Positions 1 to 9,467 are shown, numbered from the stretch's first letter. The stretch is DNA of 64,000 nt from Polyangiales bacterium (GCA_045106895.1 JBGCFM010000024.1:32001-96000), one strand, 5' to 3'. Notes: a model not told the origin generated them from the sequence alone. Made by a program: numbers and translations.

Positions 1-361
1 TGTTGAATGGCGCCTTCGTCGACAGCCCGCTGAAGCTCTCGACGCGGCCTGCGGGCCCGAGAATCGGGTAGTCGCGCTGTGGTTCCAACATGGAGAGCGT
101 GGGGTCGACGCGCTGCATGAGGGAGCGGAGATTGTAGTACTGGCGGAAGAACGCGTGAAAGCCGCGCTCCATCTGAAATACGTCGCCGCTCGCGAGCTTG
201 CTCCGCCAGGAACCAACCCGGCCACCGGCAAAGCCCTCTCGTTCGACGAGCACGACCTCGTGGCCGGCCTCGGCGAGAACCGTCGCTGCCGACAAGCCTC
301 CCAGGCCACCTCCACAAACGACGACCTTCATCGGTTCACCTTTCATCGGCGCACCTTTCAT
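1..361 (-). CDS. crtU: Carotenoid phi-ring synthase (isorenieratene synthase)-like FAD oxidoreductase; N-terminal part only, runs off the window edge
   Basis: Not in the ORF track. Hand translation gives MKGAPMKGEPMKVVVCGGGLGGLSAA...GGRVGSW...MERGFHAFFRQYYNLR...DP...DYP, i.e. an FAD-binding GxGxxG motif plus the RGFHAFFRQYYNLR motif of actinobacterial CrtU. Follows a crtT-like gene. Confidence 0.8.
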   Translation of the reverse strand, partial: MKGAPMKGEPMKVVVCGGGLGGLSAATVLAEAGHEVVLVEREGFAGGRVGSWRSKLASGDVFQMERGFHAFFRQYYNLRSLMQRVDPTLSMLEPQRDYPILGPAGRVESFSGLSTKAPFN

Positions 362-365
362 CCGC

Positions 366-1082
366 TCACCCGACGGGGCGTTCAGCGATGAAGCTGTGGA
401 CGATGCCCGTCTGCCAGCCGTCCATGCCTTCGGTGCGGATGTTCACATAGCCGGCGCGACTCAGCCGCGCTTCAAAGGCGCGGACGCCGTCGAACTCGTT
501 CACGCTGCGCTGGAGGTAGCTGTAAATCTTCGACTTTGGCGCCGTGATGAGGCCGCCGGGACGAACGATGCCCCAGGACACCGCGTTCCAGATGCCTTTG
601 CGCAGCTTGGAGTCGGCCACGCTGTACTCATGAAAGACGATGCGCCCGCCGGGCTTCAGGAGCGAGAGCAGGTTGCGCAGGCACGTGTCTGGATCCGGGA
701 TATTGCGGATGCCGTATGCCATGAGGATGCCGTCGTAGGGGCCTTTGCAGCCAACGGCGGCGGGGTCCGTGGCGTCGCCGAGAACGTAGGACGCTCCGAG
801 GGACTTACGCCGGGCTTTGCTGAGCATGCCTTCGCTCGCGTCGAGACCCGTGATGGCGGCGTCGGAGTACGTGTCCCGAAGCGCCTCGGTGGAGAGACCG
901 GTTCCGCAGCAGAGGTCGAGAATCCGTGCGGCGGTGGGGGCGCTCAGCCGCTCCGCGCTCCAGCGAAGGTGCTTCTTGTAGCCAGGGTTCAGGCCCGTGA
1001 GCCAGTCGTAGCTCTTGGACACGCCGTTGAAGGCCTTTGGAACGTGGGTCTTGGCGGCGTTGAGCGGCGTCTGTGAATTCAC
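366..1082 (-). CDS. crtT: Class I SAM-dependent methyltransferase (UbiE-like, CrtT-like)
   Basis: LDLCCGTG SAM motif, GLDASEGML, YDxLxxLNPGY and LLKPGGRIVFHEYS, resembling Streptomyces CrtT; adjacent to crtU-like gene. Confidence 0.75.
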   Translation of the reverse strand: MNSQTPLNAAKTHVPKAFNGVSKSYDWLTGLNPGYKKHLRWSAERLSAPTAARILDLCCGTGLSTEALRDTYSDAAITGLDASEGMLSKARRKSLGASYVLGDATDPAAVGCKGPYDGILMAYGIRNIPDPDTCLRNLLSLLKPGGRIVFHEYSVADSKLRKGIWNAVSWGIVRPGGLITAPKSKIYSYLQRSVNEFDGVRAFEARLSRAGYVNIRTEGMDGWQTGIVHSFIAERPVG

Positions 1083-1477
1083 GGAGTGGGTTTAGAGCGG
1101 TTTTGCTCCTGAGGCCAGTGCGAGAGCGCGATCTGGTTGCCCTCAGGGTCGCGAAAGTAGACGGAAAACCCGCTCTCCTTCTCGATGACGACGTCCGCGG
1201 CGGCGAGGCGAGTGAGCCAGGGGCCTCGCTCTTCAACGTCGATGGCGAGGGCAAAGCAGTGATGACCGATGTCAGGAGGCGCCCCTGAATCCAGAGGCTG
1301 AGCCAGCTCCACGGCGACAAATGTCTCGGCGCCGAGCTCGTACCAGATAGAGCGCGGCTGCCCAGCTTCGTCGGACCAGCGTTTCTTGACGACGAGGCCA
1401 AGCACGCCTCCGTAGAAAGCGTCGGCGCGCCCAAGGTCGCTCACGAGGATCGCGTGATGATGAAACTGAAGCGGCAT
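1079..1477 (-). CDS. VOC/glyoxalase family protein
   Basis: FHHHAILVSDL..A..FYGGVLGL and VYFRDPEGN motifs; start may be the TTG at 1483. Confidence 0.85.
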   Translation of the reverse strand: MPLQFHHHAILVSDLGRADAFYGGVLGLVVKKRWSDEAGQPRSIWYELGAETFVAVELAQPLDSGAPPDIGHHCFALAIDVEERGPWLTRLAAADVVIEKESGFSVYFRDPEGNQIALSHWPQEQNRSKPTP

Positions 1478-1479
1478 GG

Positions 1480-2169
1480 TCAATCGCAGCAGTCGCACTC
1501 GGCGTCGTGAGCGGAGCGCGCCTCGGAGATCGTCTCGCCATCGAGGTCCACGAGGCGCCAGTGGTCACGGCCCCAGCCTAAGAGCACGAAGGTCGCGTCG
1601 GGCGTGACGAGGAGCGCGACGACACCTCGCCCTAGCTGCCGTGTGATCGGGGCATCGATGGAGACCATCCCAAGGCTGGACTCTTCTTGGGTGAAGCGAA
1701 TCAGCGTCGGCGAGCCCGGGCAAAGCGCGTCACCGGGTTCGCTTTCGAGAGTGAAGCGGAGCGGGTGGCCAGCGAAACCACCACGGAGCGGCGCGTCCAC
1801 GGCCAGCGCGGGAGCCTCGCCGCTCTGAGGCGGAAGCAGCGTAGCGATGGCGTCCCCGGGGAGCACGACACGAATCCGCCCCAGCTCACACCCTTGTAGA
1901 CGGCCTTCCACAATCTCGCCGAGGCAGCGCGTGCGCGGGCCCACGAGCGTCACAGGCCCGTCCGGGTAAGCGCTGAGGACGCCGTCGTCGCCGATGAGCG
2001 CCGGGCTAAGGGGCGCTGGGCCAAGGGGCGCTGGGCCAAGGGGCGCTGGGCCAAGGGGCGCCGGGCCAACGGCCGGAGCTGGAGCGGTGGAATCCTGGGG
2101 CTGCGCTACCGGCACCGGCTGCACAGCGCCCCCGCACGCGAAGAGAAACACGAGAGCAAGCCGTGTCAT
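1480..2169 (-). CDS. Hypothetical lipoprotein with PAPLG repeats
   Basis: Signal peptide with FAC lipobox; 4-bp overlap with the recF stop. Confidence 0.65.
   Translation of the reverse strand: MTRLALVFLFACGGAVQPVPVAQPQDSTAPAPAVGPAPLGPAPLGPAPLGPAPLSPALIGDDGVLSAYPDGPVTLVGPRTRCLGEIVEGRLQGCELGRIRVVLPGDAIATLLPPQSGEAPALAVDAPLRGGFAGHPLRFTLESEPGDALCPGSPTLIRFTQEESSLGMVSIDAPITRQLGRGVVALLVTPDATFVLLGWGRDHWRLVDLDGETISEARSAHDAECDCCD
2008..2067. repeat. 4 x 15-bp tandem repeat (aaggggcgctgggcc) encoding GPAPL
   Basis: Seen directly; one mismatch in the last copy. Confidence 0.95.
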
Positions 2170-3254
2170 GCTCGCTTGATCACGCCGGCGGCTGCGTGGA
2201 AGTCGACGCGCTCCGCCTCCAGCAAGATGAACTCGGGGTGCGTCGTCGTCATGAAGACCTGGCCGCCAAGACGCCCGAGGAGCTCGAAGAGCCGGCGGTT
2301 TCGTCCGCGATCGAGCTCGCTGGAGACGTCGTCCAAAAGAAGGATCGGGGTGCGGTCCATGCGTTCGCCGAGGACATCAAGCTCCGCGACCTTGAGCGCC
2401 AAGACGATAGCGCGGTGCTGACCTTGAGACGCGTGGTGCTTCGCGGAGATGCTCTTGATCTGCAGCGAGAGGTCGTCGCCGTGGGGCCCATCGGCGGTGA
2501 ACCCACGGGCGCGGTCTTTGTTGTAGGACAGCTCCAGGGCCTTCGCGATGGCCTCCTGCGTCGGCTCGATGCGCGGCTGGTAACGAACCTCAAGGGGAAG
2601 CTCGACTCCGGCGACCTCTAAAAACGCCTTCTCGGCGCGCGGCGCGATGTCCTGAATGAGCGCCGCGCGACCTTGCCCAACGATGGCGCCGGATTGGCTA
2701 AGGATCGTGTTGAAAGCCATGATGGAGCGCTTGTCGACCTCATCGCCCTTCAGCAGACGATTGCGGCTACGTAGCGCTTTTGTATAGGCCGAGAGCGCGG
2801 CGCTGTAGGTCGGATCCATCTGCTCGAGGATGCGATCCAAGTACGCTCGACGCGGCTCGGGTCCGCCCATGGCCAAGCGTGAGTCGCCGGGATGAAAGAG
2901 CACGACTTGAATCGCGTGGTGCCAAGAGGCGATGGTCCGGGGCCGCTTCCCATCGATCTGAAGTGCGCGCGCTTTGGCCCTCGCCAGCGCGACCTCGAAG
3001 GAGCGCGGCATGATCTCGCCGCTCACCTTTGCTTTGATGCGTGCGTGAGGCGTCTGCGTCTGCAGCATGTCGTCGGTGCGCGCGCCCCGGAAGCTCTTGA
3101 GGGCGCCCAGGTAATGAATCGCCTCCAAGAGGTTGCTCTTGCCCGCGCCGTTGTCGCCCCAGATCACGTTGAACTGAGGACCCGGCTCGAGGTCGAGTGG
3201 CTCCAGGTTTCGAAACCCGCGAGCGTAGAGCCGGTCGATGCGAAGGGGGCGCAC
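2166..3254 (-). CDS. recF: DNA replication/repair protein RecF
   Basis: FRN, Walker A GDNGAGKSN, GPHGDDL, SQGQ, LLLDDVSSELD. Confidence 0.95.
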   Translation of the reverse strand: MRPLRIDRLYARGFRNLEPLDLEPGPQFNVIWGDNGAGKSNLLEAIHYLGALKSFRGARTDDMLQTQTPHARIKAKVSGEIMPRSFEVALARAKARALQIDGKRPRTIASWHHAIQVVLFHPGDSRLAMGGPEPRRAYLDRILEQMDPTYSAALSAYTKALRSRNRLLKGDEVDKRSIMAFNTILSQSGAIVGQGRAALIQDIAPRAEKAFLEVAGVELPLEVRYQPRIEPTQEAIAKALELSYNKDRARGFTADGPHGDDLSLQIKSISAKHHASQGQHRAIVLALKVAELDVLGERMDRTPILLLDDVSSELDRGRNRRLFELLGRLGGQVFMTTTHPEFILLEAERVDFHAAAGVIKRA

Positions 3255-3282
3255 GCACGCACCCTGTCCTAAGCGATCACGC

Positions 3283-4242
3283 TTAGCAATCGTCGTAGAC
3301 GTAGCCGCGGCCCTCGGGCGTCACGAGATTCAGATCCCGGAGCACAATGGCGTGGGTGTCTGCGAGGTCTGCGCAGCTCCGCTCGAAGTCTTGGATTCGG
3401 TACTCGATCATCAATACGAGGTCCCCATAGGCGTCGATGAAGTCCTCGCACTCGCGGTAGCGACCACATTCCTCCACGACGACAAAGTCGGTCCCCATTT
3501 CGTCCTGGCGGGACAAGATCTCCGCGGAGTTCTTCTGAGCGATAGCCACGCCACGGGCGTGTGCCCGCTCCGAGAGCATCGCCATAAAGGCCACCGCGTC
3601 GTCTTCGCTGATCCGTCCGCGCACCCGCGAATAGGTGTCGAGGTTGTCGATCTCGATGGCGTCAAAGCCGTCTCTCGCGCACTGGTCGATCCATCCGCCG
3701 ACGACCATCGCGATGCGCCGGCGTTTGTCCTCGCTGGAGATATCGAGGATCGCCTCGTCCCAGTCTGCGTCGATGATGGGCTCGCCGCGGTCGTTTCGTA
3801 GGATGAGGTCTTCGTCCCAATCGTCGACCTCACCGGGCTGCACCTGGTAGCCGTTCACGTAGCAGATGTTGTAGAGGCCAGGCGCGGGTCGTCCAAGGCG
3901 GTCGCGAGACACGATGGTTACGCCGTCGGGGGGCGAGTAGTCCCCGCCAAGTTGGTAGTCCAAGCGTCCGTTCACCGGGGGAAGCCGCTGTCCCACCGAC
4001 GCGTCGGTGCCTGCGTCGACGGAGCTATCCGCGGCGCCCGAATCGGTGGACCCCCCGGAACCAGAATCCCCGGAACCAGAATCGAAAGTGGCGGCGTCGC
4101 TGCCGCCGTCGCTGCTGGCGTCTAGGGTGAACCCATCGCTCGCCGAAGCATCTGGGCGGCCCAGCGAAGCGTCCCGCTCGCCGCCGTCGTCATCGCCACA
4201 GCCGAGTGCCAGCACCAGAGCCGCCAAGAGTCGCCACTTCAT
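3283..4242 (-). CDS. Endo-alpha-1,4-polygalactosaminidase (GH114) lipoprotein
   Basis: DYQLGG, YNICYVNG, GFDAIEIDNLD, AIAQKN, VVEECG; real start MKWRLL with LGC lipobox and DAG/DSG linker. Confidence 0.85.
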   Translation of the reverse strand: MKWRLLAALVLALGCGDDDGGERDASLGRPDASASDGFTLDASSDGGSDAATFDSGSGDSGSGGSTDSGAADSSVDAGTDASVGQRLPPVNGRLDYQLGGDYSPPDGVTIVSRDRLGRPAPGLYNICYVNGYQVQPGEVDDWDEDLILRNDRGEPIIDADWDEAILDISSEDKRRRIAMVVGGWIDQCARDGFDAIEIDNLDTYSRVRGRISEDDAVAFMAMLSERAHARGVAIAQKNSAEILSRQDEMGTDFVVVEECGRYRECEDFIDAYGDLVLMIEYRIQDFERSCADLADTHAIVLRDLNLVTPEGRGYVYDDC

Positions 4243-4281
4243 GGGGACAGGGTATCGCCAAAGGCGGCGCCGCTCCATTCG

Positions 4282-4388
4282 CTTCCTTAGTGGCCCGGGC
4301 CGAGAACACCAATGTTCCCGGCCCGGCCTGGAAGGAGGATACGGTGGGGTACGTCGCAAGAGGCGTGCCGGATCACCGGGCCGAGAAC
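4282..4388. other. Structured intergenic element (long hairpin, GNRA-capped hairpin and 13-bp direct repeat)
   Basis: ccgggccgagaac at 4295-4307 and 4376-4388; both can pair (12/13) with gttcccggcccgg at 4314-4326. Confidence 0.5.
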
Positions 4389-4492
4389 TTCGCGAATAGC
4401 CGTGAAAAGCGAGAGAACACCCTCGCCGTTTTGTCAGCCGAGGCAACGATGCGTCGACAGATTCGACATGAGCGCTTTCGGGCCGTGGTGAA

Positions 4493-5551
4493 CTAGCGCT
4501 CGAAACGCTTCTTGAAGCGCAAGAAGTGTTTCTCGTAGTAGTTGAAGCTGATCCATGCGCCGGCAAACGCGCAGAGGGACGCCAGCCCGAAGTAGATGAA
4601 TGGTGTGCTCTCGACATTTGTGCCCAAGACGCGACGCACCACGTTCATCGCGATCATGTGCAGGAGATACATGCCGTAGCTGACGACACCGGCGGCCATC
4701 AGCGGTTTGAGCTTCAGGACTCGCGCCAGCCCGTGATCTTCGCGAATCACGCAGGTCCCGATGAAGAGCACAAGGATTGGGAAGAGCACGTACTCGGGTA
4801 CCTCAAGGGCCAACGCGACGATCACCGCGATGAGGGCCGCGGGGCTCGAAATCCGATCGCCGAGCCATGCGTAGACCCATCCAAAGCTGCGCTCCGAATG
4901 GAGCAGGTGAGCCAAGAGGACGCCGAGGCCGATGGGTGGAGCGAAGCTTGTCACGATGGAGTACGCCAGCGTGTCGGGGTCGAGGGGCGTAAGCCCGGAT
5001 CGCGCGACCTGCACGCCAACGACGACGGCGAGGACGATCCACGGAGCGAAGCGGGGCAGCTTCTTTTCGACGGCAGGCCAGATCAAATAGAACTGCTCTT
5101 CTGCGGCGAGGGACCAGGCGAAGAAGAAGATGACCCTCTCACCAGGTGGACAGTCCACGAACCAGTTCGACGTGTAGGTCAGGTAGTACGGCAGGTTCTG
5201 GAAGAACTCGGTGGCGTCCTCGCTCCCAGGCTCCACGATGAGCACGAGGCCGATATACGCGAGGATGATGGTGTAATAGAGCGGGAAAATGCGCAGCGTT
5301 CGCCGGACATAAAACGACTTGAGGGAGATCGTCCCGTGCCTCTCGCGTTCTCGCAGCAGAAGCGTGGTGATGAGAAATCCGCTGATCCCAAAGAAGAGGG
5401 AGACGCCGTGCTTTCCGGCCTCAAAGAGCGGGGTGCCAACGAAGTGCTCTTGGAGCGCGTGGTGAAAAATAACACCTAAGACGCTGATGCAGCGGAGGCC
5501 GTCCAACGAGCCAAACCACCGGTTTGCCCGAAATGTGCCAAACGCCCCCAT
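4493..5551 (-). CDS. Acyltransferase family 3 (OafA-like) membrane O-acyltransferase
   Basis: SLDGLR, FFGISGFLIT, FYVRRTLRIFPLY, WSLAAEEQFY, SYGMYLLH; alternative start 5563. Confidence 0.92.
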   Translation of the reverse strand: MGAFGTFRANRWFGSLDGLRCISVLGVIFHHALQEHFVGTPLFEAGKHGVSLFFGISGFLITTLLLRERERHGTISLKSFYVRRTLRIFPLYYTIILAYIGLVLIVEPGSEDATEFFQNLPYYLTYTSNWFVDCPPGERVIFFFAWSLAAEEQFYLIWPAVEKKLPRFAPWIVLAVVVGVQVARSGLTPLDPDTLAYSIVTSFAPPIGLGVLLAHLLHSERSFGWVYAWLGDRISSPAALIAVIVALALEVPEYVLFPILVLFIGTCVIREDHGLARVLKLKPLMAAGVVSYGMYLLHMIAMNVVRRVLGTNVESTPFIYFGLASLCAFAGAWISFNYYEKHFLRFKKRFER

Positions 5552-5599
5552 TCCGAGCCTCATACCCTCAAGGTGGGTGAGCGTCGAGTTGAGCTTGTG

Positions 5600-6214
5600 T
5601 TAGCGCAGGCGAGCCTTGAGCCGAGCCAAGACTTCGCGGCGAAGACCAGACACGACGCGGGCGTCGCCGGTCAGGTGGGCGTGGGCACGGGAGCCGCGCA
5701 CCAACGTCACCAGCCACTGGGCGAGGCGCATAGAGCGATCCGGCGACTCCGACTGCGCTTCCATCCGAGCAAAACAGCGTCGAACGAACTCCTCCTCCGC
5801 CAAGAGCAACTTCCGGCCGCGCTCCAGCGCCGAAGACGACTCTCGCGCGAGATCACGAACGAGAGATTCCAGCGCGCCGCCATGACGGCTGAGAGCTCCA
5901 GGCGAAGCGAGACCCGACTTCACGTAGGCGTAGAGCGCGTCTTTCGGGTCGAGCTCCTCCCAGAGCGCGTGCTGCGCCGCGGAGGACTCCGCCAAAGACG
6001 CGACGACGGCGCCGGCGAAGTCCTCTTTCGTCTTGAAGTAGTAATAGACATTGCCGATGGGAACGTCTGCGCGTTCCGCGATGATCTTGATCGTCGTCGC
6101 GCGAATCCCGCCTTCGCGGAAGCACTCCGCCGCCGCTCGCACCAGGCGCTCCCGCTTCGTGCTCTTCTTGCGCGCGCGTTTTCCTGGCTTTGAGATGCTT
6201 TTCGCTGTGGCCAC
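5600..6214 (-). CDS. TetR/AcrR family transcriptional regulator
   Basis: HTH segment ATTIKIIAERADVPIGNVYYYFKTKE. Confidence 0.9.
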   Translation of the reverse strand: MATAKSISKPGKRARKKSTKRERLVRAAAECFREGGIRATTIKIIAERADVPIGNVYYYFKTKEDFAGAVVASLAESSAAQHALWEELDPKDALYAYVKSGLASPGALSRHGGALESLVRDLARESSSALERGRKLLLAEEEFVRRCFARMEAQSESPDRSMRLAQWLVTLVRGSRAHAHLTGDARVVSGLRREVLARLKARLR

Positions 6215-6298
6215 CGCCGCAGAGAGTCAGGCAACTAAGGCATCGGCGCAAGCTTTTCGGCGCTTGAATCCACCCTGCAGCCAGTCCAGTCTGCGATC

Positions 6299-7102
6299 AT
6301 GCTTTTTGAGAACAAGATCGTGTGGGTCACAGGCGGCGGAAGCGGCATTGGCGAAGCCATGGCCACGGAGTTCGCTAAGCAGGGTGCGAAGGTGGTCGTC
6401 TCCGGTCGCCGCAAGGAGCGCCTCGACGCCGTCGTCGCCAAACTTGGCGAAGAGCGCTCCCTCGCGCTCCCCCTCGATGTGACTGACGAAGAGGCGGTTC
6501 ACGCAGCTGCCCAGGCGATCAAGTCCCACTTCGGCGGCCTCGACGTGACCGTTGCGAATGCTGGCTTTGGTGTAGCCGGTCGCATCGAAAAGCTGAGCGC
6601 CGAGGACTGGCGCCGTCAGTTCGATGTTAACGTGGTCGGTCTGACGACGACGGTCCGGGCCTCGCTGCCGCTGCTTCGTGAGCGAAGCGGACGCATTGCG
6701 CTTCTAGGAAGCGTGATGAGTCAGCTGACCGTTCCTGGGAGTGGCGCCTACGCTGCGAGCAAGTACGCCGTCCGCGCCATCGGCCAGACTCTCTCGATGG
6801 AGCTCGCCGGAAGTGGTGTCAGCTGCACGACGATCCACCCGGGGTTCGTGGAAAGCGAGATCGGCCAGGTCGACAACGGCGGCGTTTACGATGAGGGCCG
6901 CAAGGACCCTCGGCCGCAGCGTTTCATGTGGACCTCAGCCCGCGCGGCGAAGGTCTGCGTTCGGGCTATCGCGTCCCGCAAGCGCGAGTTCGTGTTTACG
7001 GGTCATGGTCGCGTCGCGGCGTTCCTGGGTCGGCATTTTCCTGGCCTGAATCACCTCGTCGGCGCGCGCAGCGGTGGCTCCAAGCAGCTCCCCAAAGGGT
7101 AG
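6299..7102 (+). CDS. SDR family NAD(P)-dependent oxidoreductase
   Basis: TGGGSGIG, NAG, YAASK. Confidence 0.92.
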   Translation: MLFENKIVWVTGGGSGIGEAMATEFAKQGAKVVVSGRRKERLDAVVAKLGEERSLALPLDVTDEEAVHAAAQAIKSHFGGLDVTVANAGFGVAGRIEKLSAEDWRRQFDVNVVGLTTTVRASLPLLRERSGRIALLGSVMSQLTVPGSGAYAASKYAVRAIGQTLSMELAGSGVSCTTIHPGFVESEIGQVDNGGVYDEGRKDPRPQRFMWTSARAAKVCVRAIASRKREFVFTGHGRVAAFLGRHFPGLNHLVGARSGGSKQLPKG

Positions 7103-7137
7103 CCGGCGTCTCCTTAGGCTTCTGCTAGGCTCCTGTC

Positions 7138-8868
7138 GTGCGAATGGGCTCGACTAAGGCTTGGCTCCTAGCCAGCATGCTCGTCGCGAGCGCCGCCCAC
7201 GCGCAATCTGATGGCGGCGTCGCCGACGCGGGCGTCGACGCCGGCGTGGAGGACGCAGGCGCGGGCGCCAGCGAGACGGACGCCGGCGCGAACTCTAGCG
7301 CGGACGACGCGGGTCTTTCGGACGTGCCAAGCATGGACGCCGCGGCGGCGTCGCCGGAAGAGTCACCCGCAGCAGAGGCCCCCGCAGCAGAGGCTCCGGA
7401 GCCCGCGAACGTTCCTCCCCGTACAGAGCCCGCTCGGCCTTCGGAAGGTGAGAGCCTCTACCCAGAAGAAGAACACGCCGAGCCTGGCATGGAAGAGCGC
7501 GTGCGCTACTTCCTCGAAGGAATCGAGGTTCGTGGGCCGGATCGCCGCACTCGCAGCCGCGTGATCCAAAGCTATATCCCGCTCCAAGTCGGGGACATCG
7601 TCGACCCTGAAGATCCGATGATCGAGGCCATTGAGTGGCGACTTCGGGGAACGGGCTGGTTCTCTCAAGTGAGCGTTCACCTTGAACGAGGGCAGCGCCG
7701 AAACTGGGTGGTGCTCGTCGTGGACGTTGTCGAGCGGAACACCATCGTCGTCGAGCAGCTCACCTTTGGCATCTCCGAGGGACTCAACGGCAGCCTCGAT
7801 CTCGACGTGGACCGTCACTTCTACGCGGGCGCGACCATCGCCGAAACCAATCTCCTGGGCACCGGCGCTCGTCTCGCGCTCAGCGGCCTTGGCTCCAGGC
7901 GAGCGCGCGGGCTGCGTCTCGAATACGAAGACCCCCGCCTGCTCCCAGGCCAAATGGCTCTTCGCGCGTCGTTTTTCTACAACAACGCCCGCGAGTACTT
8001 CGGAAATGAGCCCCTCGTCGAGAGCATCTGCCCCGAAGAAGTGCCCGAGTGCGAGCCCAACAACGCCGTGGTGTTCTACAAGCGCGGCGGGATCTCCATC
8101 GGCACCGGTAGGAACCTTGGCTCCTCCACCCGCCTGACCATCGACTGGCGCGGCGAGCTCATCGATGTGAGCGCGCTCCCTGAATGGGCCAGCGAGGACC
8201 GAGGCGGCATCGTCCAGCCGATCGACTTTGCAATTCAGTCCGGGCTGAGCCGCGTGTCCTCCCTGCGTGCGCGTCTTACCTACGACCGCCGCGATGACCC
8301 GGCGATGACCACCCGCGGCACGCATTTCCGCCTCGGCGCGGACCTGGCGTCGGGCGCCATCGGAAGCAACTATGATTTCCTGCGGATGCAGCTCTCGCTG
8401 CGCCATTGGGTTCCGCTGGGACGAGGCCACAGCGTGCGCTTCGGCGGTTTCGTCGGCGCGATCTTTGGTGACGCGCCTTTCTTCTACAAGTTCCACGTCT
8501 CCGATTTCTCGGACTTCATTCCTGGTCGCTACCTCGAGATGCAGCTGGATCGCCGACCCGCCGCGGACGTGTTCAACACCTCCATCGCCGTGATGCGTCA
8601 GCAAGAGCTCGCCGCCCGCGCCGACGTTCAATACGAAGCGCCGCTCTACGACCGTGGCCGAGGCGTCCTCCGCACTCTCCGCGCGTACCTCAATATCGGC
8701 GTCTTCGCTCTCGGAGACCGTCGGGACTTCCGGACCGGGCTTCCTGGCTACCGAGGCTTCTCGCGCTTTCCTCTGGATCTCACCGTCGACCTCGGCCTTC
8801 GCTTCGATCTGAGCTTTGGCGTGTTCCAAATCGGTTTCTCTAACGTGCTGGGTTTCATCAACCTGTGA
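7138..8868 (+). CDS. BamA/TamA (Omp85) family outer membrane protein
   Basis: Signal peptide, acidic linker, POTRA-like segment (LRGTGWFSQV...VDVVER), ETNLLGTG, YDRRDD beta-barrel features. Confidence 0.75.
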   Translation: MRMGSTKAWLLASMLVASAAHAQSDGGVADAGVDAGVEDAGAGASETDAGANSSADDAGLSDVPSMDAAAASPEESPAAEAPAAEAPEPANVPPRTEPARPSEGESLYPEEEHAEPGMEERVRYFLEGIEVRGPDRRTRSRVIQSYIPLQVGDIVDPEDPMIEAIEWRLRGTGWFSQVSVHLERGQRRNWVVLVVDVVERNTIVVEQLTFGISEGLNGSLDLDVDRHFYAGATIAETNLLGTGARLALSGLGSRRARGLRLEYEDPRLLPGQMALRASFFYNNAREYFGNEPLVESICPEEVPECEPNNAVVFYKRGGISIGTGRNLGSSTRLTIDWRGELIDVSALPEWASEDRGGIVQPIDFAIQSGLSRVSSLRARLTYDRRDDPAMTTRGTHFRLGADLASGAIGSNYDFLRMQLSLRHWVPLGRGHSVRFGGFVGAIFGDAPFFYKFHVSDFSDFIPGRYLEMQLDRRPAADVFNTSIAVMRQQELAARADVQYEAPLYDRGRGVLRTLRAYLNIGVFALGDRRDFRTGLPGYRGFSRFPLDLTVDLGLRFDLSFGVFQIGFSNVLGFINL

Positions 8869-9467
8869 CACGGCGTTTTCGAACTTTCGTCGTGGTCCTG
8901 GGTCTGGCCCTTCTCTCGACGGTGGCGCTCGCTCAGCTTCGAACCCGGCGCGTCGGGGTGCGTTGGGAGAATGGCGTGCCTCAAGTGAGCGTTGGTCTGC
9001 GAGACCTCGTCTCAAGCCGCGTGCGCCGTGAGCTTCAGAGTGGGCTTCGCAAACGCATCGTCGTCACCGCCCAGGCGTACCGTGTGGGCAACTCTCGGGC
9101 CTTGGCCACACGCACGTTCTCCTGCGCGGTTACCTACGACCTGTGGCAGGAGTCCTACGTCGTGCGCATCGGCTCTCGCTCCGAGGTCTTCCAGGAGCTC
9201 CGCCAGGTCGTCGACCGATGCCTCTCTATTCGTGGGCTCCCCGTGGGCCAAGCCGACCAGTACGAAAACGTGCATGGGCGGGACATCTTCTTCGCCGTCC
9301 GAGCGGAGTTCGACCCCATCGATCCCATTCGATGTCGCGAGATGCTGCGCTCGAGTGGTGGTGGCGGCGACCCCATCGGGCCCATCGTCGTCAACATCGT
9401 CAGGCGTGATATTTGCCAGGCGGACCGCGTCGTGGAGTTTCGCTCACCGGTCGTGACGTGCCCGTGA
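8865..9467 (+). CDS. Exported protein, DUF4390-like
   Basis: Signal peptide; VTYDLWQESY; lies between the Omp85 gene and an NtrY-like kinase. Confidence 0.6.
   Translation: MTRRFRTFVVVLGLALLSTVALAQLRTRRVGVRWENGVPQVSVGLRDLVSSRVRRELQSGLRKRIVVTAQAYRVGNSRALATRTFSCAVTYDLWQESYVVRIGSRSEVFQELRQVVDRCLSIRGLPVGQADQYENVHGRDIFFAVRAEFDPIDPIRCREMLRSSGGGGDPIGPIVVNIVRRDICQADRVVEFRSPVVTCP

Noticed and set aside
4243..4617. N-terminal extension of the GH114 ORF to 4617
   Set aside because: Overlaps the acyltransferase gene; the signal peptide and lipobox start at 4242.
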